NCBI GenBank assembly: GCA_009693575.1
Contig: SHWZ01000001.1
Coordinates: 26,095-90,094 of the forward strand
Direction of reading: 5' to 3'
Length of the DNA stretch: 64,000 bases
DNA from: Flavobacteriaceae bacterium
GTDB taxonomy: Bacteria > Bacteroidota > Bacteroidia > UKL13-3
The notes beneath the pieces were generated by a model. It worked only from the letters and a program-made list of their open reading frames with translations, did no database searches and was not told where the DNA came from. Positions 1 to 8,761 of this stretch are shown piece by piece. The position numbers were made by a program, and so were the translations under genes. How positions within the stretch are numbered: the stretch's first letter is position 1; every line of letters starts with the position of its first letter.

Positions 1-38
1 ACTACCAAAAATTTTTATGATATTTTGAAGTTGATTGT

Positions 39-1163
39 TCACAACACTTCTGAGTATATTTTTTTGAATTTGAGTATCAGGCTTTCTTCCGAAAATTTGA
101 CGGCAAACTCCTGCATTTCTAAACTGTCTGCAAGTTCAGGATGTGCTAGAAAATACCGAACCTGTTGGCAAATTTCTTCGGGTGTTTTGGCTAGTACTAC
201 TCCCTCTAGTTTGTATGTATTCATCGGTGCAATATCTGATGAAACAACAGGCAGGCCACAAGCCAATGCCTCAAGCACAGTGATCCCTTGTGTTTCGTAA
301 TCGCTAAAGCTAACTAGGCAAGTGGCGTTACGCATGAGTGCGGCAATGTATGCTGGCTCCATCACATCTTCAAAATGCACTTTAGCATTTAGTTTTTTGT
401 TTGCTAAAACATATTGACGGCAGGCATCTTTTTCGCCTTCATTTTCACCAATCATCAACAGTTTTATTTCTTCATTTTCAAGCAACAGCACTTCCAATCC
501 TTGTATAATTTTTAAAGAATTTTTTAGAGAATTAAAATTTGAAATATGTAAAATAGTTTTAGAGCGGTCACCCGTTTCCTGCTTTTTGAAAAAAGTATTG
601 AGCACCAAGTTGGGCAAGGTTTTCCAGCCCTTTGTGCCGGTGAGTTCTTTTATATCTGCCATTAAATGTTTTGACACCGCAGAATTCAACGTAGAATGCT
701 GAAAAATAAATTTATGAAGCCAATGCATCTCTGTGGTGTTTTTCTTCAGGTAGCCACTCCAATGCTCCGTTACTACATACTTTACCCCACAAAAAAAACG
801 TAGACATAATGCGAATACCCCTGCTGGAAATGCCACATGCACATGGATTAACTGTGGTTTTCCTGTTTTCTTTTTCAAGTAACGCCAACCTTTCCATCTA
901 TACTTAAAAAAACAAAAATAGCGGCTAAGCTTGGTGCTGGCTTTGGGATAATAAACTATGACTTCCCTGAAACCTTCAAATGTGGTATCCTGAATTTCGA
1001 ACTGTTTACAGTTGGCATCGGGCTGTGCATATAACACTAGCACTTCGGCCACACGGTTGGCCACCCTTGCATGGTTGCGAATAAAATTTCCGTTAGTGGG
1101 GGTTACCCTATTTGGATACCAAGATGGAAGGAACAGAACGAGTGGCCGTATCATTGGCTGCAA
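39..1163 (-). CDS. Glycosyltransferase family 4 (GT1 group, retaining)
   Basis: 374 aa. C-terminal EX7E-like GT4 region reads ...ETQGITVLEALACGLPVV... Placed beside other LPS/glycan genes. Confidence 0.75.
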   Translation of the reverse strand: MQPMIRPLVLFLPSWYPNRVTPTNGNFIRNHARVANRVAEVLVLYAQPDANCKQFEIQDTTFEGFREVIVYYPKASTKLSRYFCFFKYRWKGWRYLKKKTGKPQLIHVHVAFPAGVFALCLRFFCGVKYVVTEHWSGYLKKNTTEMHWLHKFIFQHSTLNSAVSKHLMADIKELTGTKGWKTLPNLVLNTFFKKQETGDRSKTILHISNFNSLKNSLKIIQGLEVLLLENEEIKLLMIGENEGEKDACRQYVLANKKLNAKVHFEDVMEPAYIAALMRNATCLVSFSDYETQGITVLEALACGLPVVSSDIAPMNTYKLEGVVLAKTPEEICQQVRYFLAHPELADSLEMQEFAVKFSEESLILKFKKIYSEVL

Positions 1164-1190
1164 AGTACGCAGCTAAACTGCAATTCTGTT

Positions 1191-2342
1191 TTACTTAAGG
1201 TTTTGTTTTATCCATTCTTTCGCTTCTCTTTTCAGGCTGGGATATTCTGCGTGCTGCTCACATAGCTTATAGTATTTGTGGGCTTCGGCTTTGTTTCCTT
1301 TTAGGGTATAAATCTGCCCATACACTTGGTAGATATATCCGGGAATATTCTCAGAGGTTTTGGGTAACCGCTTGTTGTGGTTGTCGGCAAACTGTATAGC
1401 TTTCAGGGCTTCGTCCACCTTGCCAGCCTTTAGGTGAAGTTTTGCCAAAAAGGTAAATCCCGCCATGTCGTAATAGTCATTATTGGCCTTGAAAAGCTTG
1501 CTGATTATGGCCAATACGCCATCCACTTTTCCTGTCCACAAAAGTCCATCGGCATACTTATGTTGCAAGAAAAGGTTGCCGGGGTATTTCTTCACGGCCT
1601 CGGCCAGTTCGGGCATTATTTCGTTTGGCTTGCCTTCATATTTGAAATAGATATTCACCAAATAATTGATGCTTTCAATTTTTGAAAATAGGGAAGTTTT
1701 ATGTGCCAAGCGAATCTGTTTGATTCCCAACTCTGCGTTACCTGGCTCCAGCAGGCCTGCAAAAGGTTTTACAACAGGTTGCAGTTCCGGATACCGTTGG
1801 CGATAATAGTTATACATACCTGTTGAGAAATAAAAATCAGCAAATTTTTCCTTAAGTTTGAATCCCTGCTTCACCGTTTGGTAGGCATTCAACGAATAGT
1901 TCACCGCCCGCATCCATTCACCTGAAAACGAACTGACCCTAGCTAAAAAACCTTGTGCGGTGAAGTAGATAAATAATGCCTCTGCATCGTTTTTATTTTC
2001 TTTGTAAAGTATGTAATTGGCTTCTTTCACAGCTTCGTTCAGATGGGCATGTAATTTTCCCAGCAATACTTTGTCTTTCACAGCGGGTTCCCATTGCCAG
2101 TCGATATTCATGGCCATCAGCATGTGAAAAATAGGGTGGGAAGGAAGTCTTTTACGAATCTCTTTACATTTCTCTACACAGGCTTCATGTTCAAAATTGT
2201 ACATCTTGTCCAATGCATCCATCACTAGTTGCTTCATCTCAGGCGAATTGCTGATGGGGGTTACAGGCTCAGTAGGTGTGCGGAAGTGTGCTTGCGAACT
2301 CAGAACACAACAAGCAAGTAGTAAGGTGGGAAAGAATTTCAT
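1191..2342 (-). CDS. Secreted TPR-like repeat protein (hypothetical)
   Basis: N-terminal signal peptide MKFFPTLLLACCVLSSQA. Helical repeat-rich sequence with TPR-like composition (AEAHKYYKLCEQHAEY, LKAGKVDEALKAIQFA). Confidence 0.5.
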   Translation of the reverse strand: MKFFPTLLLACCVLSSQAHFRTPTEPVTPISNSPEMKQLVMDALDKMYNFEHEACVEKCKEIRKRLPSHPIFHMLMAMNIDWQWEPAVKDKVLLGKLHAHLNEAVKEANYILYKENKNDAEALFIYFTAQGFLARVSSFSGEWMRAVNYSLNAYQTVKQGFKLKEKFADFYFSTGMYNYYRQRYPELQPVVKPFAGLLEPGNAELGIKQIRLAHKTSLFSKIESINYLVNIYFKYEGKPNEIMPELAEAVKKYPGNLFLQHKYADGLLWTGKVDGVLAIISKLFKANNDYYDMAGFTFLAKLHLKAGKVDEALKAIQFADNHNKRLPKTSENIPGYIYQVYGQIYTLKGNKAEAHKYYKLCEQHAEYPSLKREAKEWIKQNLK

Positions 2343-2410
2343 ACAAATAAGGGAACAAAGAACGGCGAGGGATTGTTACTGTGAAGTTAAGAATGATTGA
2401 TTAGGATTCT

Positions 2411-3325
2411 TCACTTCCTATTTTTCGTAGCCCGTCCCTTTCCGCCTTTGAAGCTCCTTTTGTCTTCGTTATTTCGTGAAGGAGCTTTGTTTTTTGCAGC
2501 TGCTTCTCCTTTCTGTTTTTGGGTTGGCTTCACAAAATATTTCACTACATTTTTGTCCATTGATGTTTTCACAGACCCTCGTTTCTCCGATTCTGAAACG
2601 GAATTACCTATTAGCTTAAATATTCCATCAAGTTCGAGCTTTGTCAAATCACGCCAATCCCCTTGTGGTAATCCTTGCAGGCTTATATGCATGATGCGGG
2701 TACGTTCTAGTTTGGTCACATTGTAGCCAAAGTGTTCGCACATTCGACGTATCTGTCTGTTGAGGCCTTGTATCAGTGTGATGCGGAACACAAAAGGTGC
2801 TACTTGTTGCACGTTGCATTTTTTTGTCATCACTCCCAGCATGGGCACACCAGTAGACATTGATTCTATAAATTGTGCTGTTACAGGCTTGTCCACTGTT
2901 ACCAAGTATTCTTTTTGGTGGGCATTTTCGGCTCGTAGGATTTTGTTCACAATGTCACCATCGTTGGTGAGGAAAATGAGACCCTGCGAATCTTTATCTA
3001 ACCTACCAATGGGAAACACTCGGCTACTATGGTTCACATAGTTCACTATGTTGCCTTTAGTGCTAGTTTCGGTAGTGCACTCCACTCCCACAGGTTTGTT
3101 GAAAGCAATATAAATCCGTTCTTCAGCCTGCCGAGGTTCAAGGTGCTGCCCGTTCACTACCACCTTGTCACCATGCATTACTAGGTCACCTATCTTTGCT
3201 TTTCTTCCATTGATGTTCACAAGCCCTTTTTCAATAGACCTGTCCGCTTCCCGCCGTGAGCATATACCGCTTTCGGCAATGAATTTATTAAGTCGGATTG
3301 GAGGAGAGTTTTGCATTTTAAGCAC
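2411..3325 (-). CDS. rluB: 23S rRNA pseudouridine synthase, RluB/RsuA family, with S4 domain and Lys-rich tail
   Basis: N-terminal S4 RNA-binding motif [18 protein letters not shown]. Catalytic motif [18 protein letters not shown]. Basic K-rich C-terminus typical of Bacteroidota RluB. Confidence 0.8.
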   Translation of the reverse strand: MLKMQNSPPIRLNKFIAESGICSRREADRSIEKGLVNINGRKAKIGDLVMHGDKVVVNGQHLEPRQAEERIYIAFNKPVGVECTTETSTKGNIVNYVNHSSRVFPIGRLDKDSQGLIFLTNDGDIVNKILRAENAHQKEYLVTVDKPVTAQFIESMSTGVPMLGVMTKKCNVQQVAPFVFRITLIQGLNRQIRRMCEHFGYNVTKLERTRIMHISLQGLPQGDWRDLTKLELDGIFKLIGNSVSESEKRGSVKTSMDKNVVKYFVKPTQKQKGEAAAKNKAPSRNNEDKRSFKGGKGRATKNRK

Positions 3326-3967
3326 AAAGGAAATGGGTAAAGGTGTTTAGTTGGATTATTGGCTTCAATTTAATAGTGGCTCTTGTAGCTAGTTTCATAG
3401 CCTGGGGCAGGCTCAAGAAAGTCAAACTATTGGAAAAATGAATTTCCTAAAAAATGACACTCCAAGGAAAGTCAACTAAAAACTTTATTTGCTTTTTTGT
3501 GTTTACATTTGTCGTCACAAAACACAAATAGAGCATTGAACAAAGCAATAGCTACCCTATTTATCTTCCTTATCTCATACACGTTTAGTTATGAGGCGGT
3601 TGCCTATTTGGCGAAGCATGTGGCCAATTGTTCGATAGTAGCTACCGATGATTTTGAATGTGAGGAAAACACCAGTGAGCCTGAAAAATCGGACGAAGCA
3701 AAGAAGGAAATAGCCGACGATGATAGGCTGCTGCACAATGGCCACCATCAACTGCCAATGCTTCAGGTGGGCAGCTTGCGGTCGGGACACAGTAGCCACA
3801 TAGCTTTCAGCGACCACAGCAACGAGGTTTACTCGCCGCCTGAAGCCTGATTTGTTTTTTGGGTTGGATTTTTCCTACCTGTTTCTCCCTTTCTTTTTTT
3901 AATTTTAATTTGGCAAGCCACTTAATTGGCATAAAGCCTCAAACGCAATACTTTCTTTTCAAAAAAT

Positions 3968-5545
3968 ATGAGTAATCCTAGCAACAAAGGCAGTGGCCTT
4001 ACTTTCAAGTACCTAAAAAATGACTTGCCATCTGGAATAGTCGTATTCCTAGTCGCTCTCCCACTCTGTCTGGGCATTGCACTTGCTTCAGGGGCTCCGC
4101 TGTTCTCGGGCATCATCGCAGGAATCGTTGGCGGTACGGTTGTGGCATTCACAAGCGGTTCGGCATTGAGCGTAAGTGGGCCAGCCGCTGGACTTACAGT
4201 TATTGTGCTAAATGCAATAACCCAACTGGGCAGTTACGAAGTGTTTTTGTTTGCCGTGGTGCTTGCAGGCTTATTTCAAATTGCACTGGGCTATCTCAAG
4301 GCAGGCTTCATTGGGTACTATTTTCCATCCAGTGTCATCAAGGGAATGTTGGCGGCCATCGGAATTATTTTAATATTGAAACAACTTCCACATGCCATTG
4401 GTTTCGACAAGGATGTGGAGGGTGACGAAGAGTTTATGCAGGCCGATGGGCAGAACACTTTCTCTGAGTTGAGCAATGCCTTCGATTATATTCAGCCCGG
4501 TGCTGTTATTATTGCAGTTATTTCATTGTTTATACTCATTATGTGGGAGCGTCCTTTCCTGAAAAAATATTCATTCTTCAAGATAGTTCCTGGAGCTCTG
4601 TTAGTAGTCGTTCTGGGAATTGTTATTAATGAAATATTCAAGGTAAATGCACCACAGCTATACCTTACCGGCGACAAACTTGTAAGGCTTCCCGTGGCCA
4701 ATTCTGTTAAGGAATTTGTAGGTCAGTTTACCCTGCCCGATTTCAAGGCGTACAGCAATTACCATGTATATGTAGTAGCAATTACCATTGCGATCATTGC
4801 CAGCCTTGAATCGTTGTTGAGTGTTGAAGCCGCCGACAAATTGGATCCTTACAAGCGTAACACACCCGCTAATCAGGAACTGAAAGCTCAGGGGCTAGGT
4901 AACCTTCTTTCTGGAATGATAGGCGGCCTTCCACTCACTGCTGTTATAGTTCGCACCTCGGCCAATATCAATTCAGGTGCAAAAACCAAACTATCTGCCA
5001 TTATTCATGGGGTATTGCTTTTGTTAAGCGTGATTGGGCTAGCCTCTGTGCTCAACAAAATACCACTGGCCTGCCTTGCTGCTCTGTTGCTTGTGGTTGG
5101 ATATAAACTAGCCAGAATATCGCTGTTCAAAACAATGTATAAACTTGGCTGGGATCAGTTCCTGCCATTCATCATCACCGTGGTAGCCATACAGCTCTCT
5201 GACTTGCTTAAAGGCATTGCCGTGGGCATGGTTGTATCGGTATTTTTTATTCTGCGTAACAACTACAAGCGGGCTTACTTTTTTCATAAAGAAACCCACC
5301 ACACAGGCGATACCATAACTATCTCATTGGGCGAAGACGTGACCTTCCTCAACAAAGGCAGCATCGTGCTCACCCTTGCCAATTTGCCCGAAAACGCCAA
5401 AGTAGTGATTGACGGCAGCAAGTCGCAGAACATTGACATGGATGTGCTGGAAATTATCCACGACTTCAAGAATACTGCAGAACTGAAAAACATAACATTA
5501 GAACTAAAGGACATCCCTGAATTAATGGGAATGTCAGGACATTAA
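3968..5545 (+). CDS. SulP family anion transporter (sulfate/bicarbonate permease) with C-terminal STAS domain
   Basis: 525 aa polytopic membrane protein with a SulP signature region around GGLPLTAVIVRTSANINSGAKT. C-terminal soluble STAS-like domain. First gene of a 4-gene + strand run. Confidence 0.85.
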   Translation: MSNPSNKGSGLTFKYLKNDLPSGIVVFLVALPLCLGIALASGAPLFSGIIAGIVGGTVVAFTSGSALSVSGPAAGLTVIVLNAITQLGSYEVFLFAVVLAGLFQIALGYLKAGFIGYYFPSSVIKGMLAAIGIILILKQLPHAIGFDKDVEGDEEFMQADGQNTFSELSNAFDYIQPGAVIIAVISLFILIMWERPFLKKYSFFKIVPGALLVVVLGIVINEIFKVNAPQLYLTGDKLVRLPVANSVKEFVGQFTLPDFKAYSNYHVYVVAITIAIIASLESLLSVEAADKLDPYKRNTPANQELKAQGLGNLLSGMIGGLPLTAVIVRTSANINSGAKTKLSAIIHGVLLLLSVIGLASVLNKIPLACLAALLLVVGYKLARISLFKTMYKLGWDQFLPFIITVVAIQLSDLLKGIAVGMVVSVFFILRNNYKRAYFFHKETHHTGDTITISLGEDVTFLNKGSIVLTLANLPENAKVVIDGSKSQNIDMDVLEIIHDFKNTAELKNITLELKDIPELMGMSGH

Positions 5546-5564
5546 AAATCATTTAACAAAAAAA

Positions 5565-6218
5565 ATGGAGCAATCCTATCAAAAACTAATAACAGGCAAC
5601 AGGATTTATGCAGAAACAAAATTGTTTCAGGATCCTGATTACTTTAACAAATTATCAAAAGGACAAAAGCCTAACTACCTCTGGATTGGATGCAGCGACA
5701 GCCGTGTGCCAGCCAACGAAATAACAAGCACTAAGAGCGGCGAAATATTCGTACACCGCAACATAGCCAATCTGGTTGTGCATACCGATTCAAATATGCT
5801 AAGTGTATTGGAATATGCCGTGAATGTGTTGAAAGTAGAACACATTATTGTATGTGGCCACTACGGTTGTGGGGGCGTTCATGCATCTATGACTAATACT
5901 TTTCACGGCTTCGTTGACAACTGGTTGAGGCATATCAAAGACGTATATCATCACAATGAAGTAGAGTTGAAGGCTATTGAAGACCATGAAGAAAGAGCAA
6001 ATAGACTTACGGAAATGAACGTGATATCACAAGTGCGAAATTTGGCCAAGACTATCATTGTGCAGCAGGCCTGGGATGAAAGGGAACTGCACCTACATGG
6101 CTGGGTATATGGTCTGCACAACGGGCTGGTAAAGGATTTGGCAGTCATACATAATCATCAGGAAGATATTGACCCGATATATCAATACAATATAAGCAAG
6201 GTAACTGCGAACATTTGA
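5565..6218 (+). CDS. Beta-class carbonic anhydrase (cytoplasmic)
   Basis: 217 aa. CSDSRV (Cys43/Asp45/Arg47) and HYGCGG zinc-ligand motifs. No signal peptide. Starts 19 nt after the SulP stop. Confidence 0.85.
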   Translation: MEQSYQKLITGNRIYAETKLFQDPDYFNKLSKGQKPNYLWIGCSDSRVPANEITSTKSGEIFVHRNIANLVVHTDSNMLSVLEYAVNVLKVEHIIVCGHYGCGGVHASMTNTFHGFVDNWLRHIKDVYHHNEVELKAIEDHEERANRLTEMNVISQVRNLAKTIIVQQAWDERELHLHGWVYGLHNGLVKDLAVIHNHQEDIDPIYQYNISKVTANI

Positions 6219-8752
6219 GTATGTCTTCATTTGCATTTGACGAAAAGCATGTGCTGCATGAATTGTGGCATTTCCTGCCAACGCAAACCCCTTTGCGGGA
6301 TTTTATTCACCACAACTCGCTCCATGCCTTTCAGGACATGAAATTTTTTGATGCCATATTCAAGGCATCGAAAATATTTGGGTATCAGGTTACACTTGAA
6401 CTGCGGGATTTCAGAAAACTGTATGAGATTGGACGGATACGGGAGCATATTTTGGAGCAGGTTATTGCAAAAAGGAAAGGCACTGAAAGTATAGGGGAAT
6501 GGAAAGCAAAACTACTTACAGGGGACTACAACGAATTGAATGAGCCACGGATAGGAAACCTACGTAAACATTGGAGGGAAGCCTATCAACTTGACATGGA
6601 TTCATTGGTGCAGCCCCTGCTTTTCAGGATACTTTGTAGCTACCTCGACCAAGGCATTTCGCTATGGGATTTCCCCAACAAGCCTGAAGGATTTTTGGCC
6701 TCGCTTCGTCAATTGGAGAACAACAGCTTCACCAGTTTTTTCAAGACAAAGCGGGCGAAAAAAATGTTGATGGATGGACAGTATACTATTGCACAACTTC
6801 TAAAAATGGTTGTTGGTGATGAAGCTTTTTTTGAGCAATATGTATTCGACCAGCAGTTCAGCCACAGAGGTTGGTCTGGCATGGTAGCCACCGTGGAAGA
6901 ACGCCCCGACACTTTGTTGGATACCAAAATAATTTCACTTCACGACCTGATTATTTTTGAATTGTTGTTGGAAATTGACACTCTTGATTATCATTTTGGA
7001 AGTGATTGGAAACCGCTTTGCACTGATATAAATAACAAGCCTGTGGATTTATTCGGAGATGTTCCGGCAACTGAATTGAATGAAGTATTCACCCTCTGGC
7101 AGGAAGCCTTTGAGTGGAGCTATTACGATGAAGTGCTTGCGGGAATTAAAGCAAGCAATTCTGCTACCCCCTTTGGGGGCAAGGGGGCTACGTCCTTCCA
7201 AGCCATGTTCTGTATAGATGAACGGGAATGTTCTATCCGCAGACATATAGAAAAGGTGGACGCAAATTGTGTAACTTTCGGTACTCCCGGTTTCTTTACG
7301 GTAGAGTTTTATTTCCTGCCTCAAGGAGGAAAATTTTACGATAAACTTTGCCCAGCACCCGTCACTCCAAAATACCTGATCAAGGAATTTGGGGTGCACG
7401 GACATCGGCAGCACGAGATGCTTTACACGAATAAAACGCATACCCTAGTTCCTGGATTTATTTCAACACTCTCCTTGGGGTTTGCTGCTGCCGGACGTTT
7501 GTTCCAGAATATATTCAGACCAAAAATGAGCCCCGCTATTTCCAATGCGTTTACCCACATGAACAAACATTCGCAGCTTACCATTGAAAACAAAAATCTG
7601 GATGATCGGGAAAACGATTTACAGATTGGTTTCACAGTAGAAGAAATGGCGGCAAGGGCTGAAGGGATGCTGCGGGGCATCGGCTTGACAGAGAATTTCG
7701 CACCCTTGGTATATCTTGTTGCACATGGTTCAAGCAGTGCCAATAACCCACACCATGGTGCCCACGATTGTGGTGCATGTAGTGGACGACCCGGTTCAGT
7801 GAATGCCAAAGTGATGTCGTTCATGTTGAATCATGTTGCCGTGCGGGAATTGCTGAACCAGAGAGGAATTAATATACCAAACGAAACACAGTTTGTAGGT
7901 GGGCTGCATGATACCGCGGCGGATGAAGTTGAATTTTATGATGAACAAATCCTGAGTGAAGCCAACCGGGCTGGGCATCTCAAAAATAAAATTGCATTTG
8001 AAAATGCCCTTGATTTGAATGCAAAGGAAAGGTCGAGAAGGTTTGCATCCATCAAGACAAAGAATGGGTTGAAAACTATTCGTAAAGCCATTAAAGACCG
8101 TTCGGTTTCATTGTTTGAGCCAAGGCCGGAACTGGGTCACGGCACAAATTCCCTTTGCATAGTTGGCGGTAGGAATCTGACAAAGGACTTGTTTTTGGAC
8201 AGGCGGGCTTTCCTCAATTCATATAATTACAAAACGGATTTGGATGGGAAATTCCTCACTGGAATCATGAAGCCTTTAGGACCAGTTTGCGGAGGTATCA
8301 ATCTGGAATATTATTTTTCACGGGTTGACAACCACAAGTTGGGGGCTGGCACCAAATTGCCACATCATGTGATGGGCTTGATAGGTGTAGCCAATAGTGT
8401 TGATGGGGATTTACGACCCGGTCTTCCGCTGCAAATGATCGAAGTACACGACCCAGTCCGCCTGCTGATTATCGTTGAACATTTTCCTGAAGTGGTGTTA
8501 AAAACCATTCAATCCGTCCCTGAAATGTATGAATGGTTTATCAACGAATGGGTGCACCTGATGGTGCTCAATCCTGAAACAAAAACGTTCCATTATTTTA
8601 AGGAAGGCAGCTTCACTGAATATACTCCACTTGTACAAGTGATACCAGCCTTGAACGATGTGAATGCATTCATCGAATCGGCCAAGGAGATGAAGACCAA
8701 CTACATTGTGCATGCTACGCAGGAAAATTTACCCGTTCACACACTCAACTAA
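6215..8752 (+). CDS. dabA: DabA, DUF2309 family probable inorganic carbon transporter subunit (DAB complex)
   Basis: 845 aa soluble protein. Putative Zn-ligand positions match those described for DabA: FCIDERECS (C333/D335) and VAHGSSSANNPHHGAHDCGACSG (H504, C519/C522). Its start overlaps the CA stop by 4 nt, and it is followed 9 nt later by a NuoL-like membrane protein. Confidence 0.8.
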   Translation: MSMSSFAFDEKHVLHELWHFLPTQTPLRDFIHHNSLHAFQDMKFFDAIFKASKIFGYQVTLELRDFRKLYEIGRIREHILEQVIAKRKGTESIGEWKAKLLTGDYNELNEPRIGNLRKHWREAYQLDMDSLVQPLLFRILCSYLDQGISLWDFPNKPEGFLASLRQLENNSFTSFFKTKRAKKMLMDGQYTIAQLLKMVVGDEAFFEQYVFDQQFSHRGWSGMVATVEERPDTLLDTKIISLHDLIIFELLLEIDTLDYHFGSDWKPLCTDINNKPVDLFGDVPATELNEVFTLWQEAFEWSYYDEVLAGIKASNSATPFGGKGATSFQAMFCIDERECSIRRHIEKVDANCVTFGTPGFFTVEFYFLPQGGKFYDKLCPAPVTPKYLIKEFGVHGHRQHEMLYTNKTHTLVPGFISTLSLGFAAAGRLFQNIFRPKMSPAISNAFTHMNKHSQLTIENKNLDDRENDLQIGFTVEEMAARAEGMLRGIGLTENFAPLVYLVAHGSSSANNPHHGAHDCGACSGRPGSVNAKVMSFMLNHVAVRELLNQRGINIPNETQFVGGLHDTAADEVEFYDEQILSEANRAGHLKNKIAFENALDLNAKERSRRFASIKTKNGLKTIRKAIKDRSVSLFEPRPELGHGTNSLCIVGGRNLTKDLFLDRRAFLNSYNYKTDLDGKFLTGIMKPLGPVCGGINLEYYFSRVDNHKLGAGTKLPHHVMGLIGVANSVDGDLRPGLPLQMIEVHDPVRLLIIVEHFPEVVLKTIQSVPEMYEWFINEWVHLMVLNPETKTFHYFKEGSFTEYTPLVQVIPALNDVNAFIESAKEMKTNYIVHATQENLPVHTLN

Positions 8753-8761
8753 ACAACATCC

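Noticed and set aside
25-300. 91-aa + strand ORF at the window start
   Set aside because: Antisense to the well-supported GT4 glycosyltransferase gene, with no motif.
6227-8713. Several 60-130-aa minus-strand ORFs inside dabA/dabB and inside the giant T9SS gene
   Set aside because: They are fully nested antisense to long, motif-rich genes with no independent signals.
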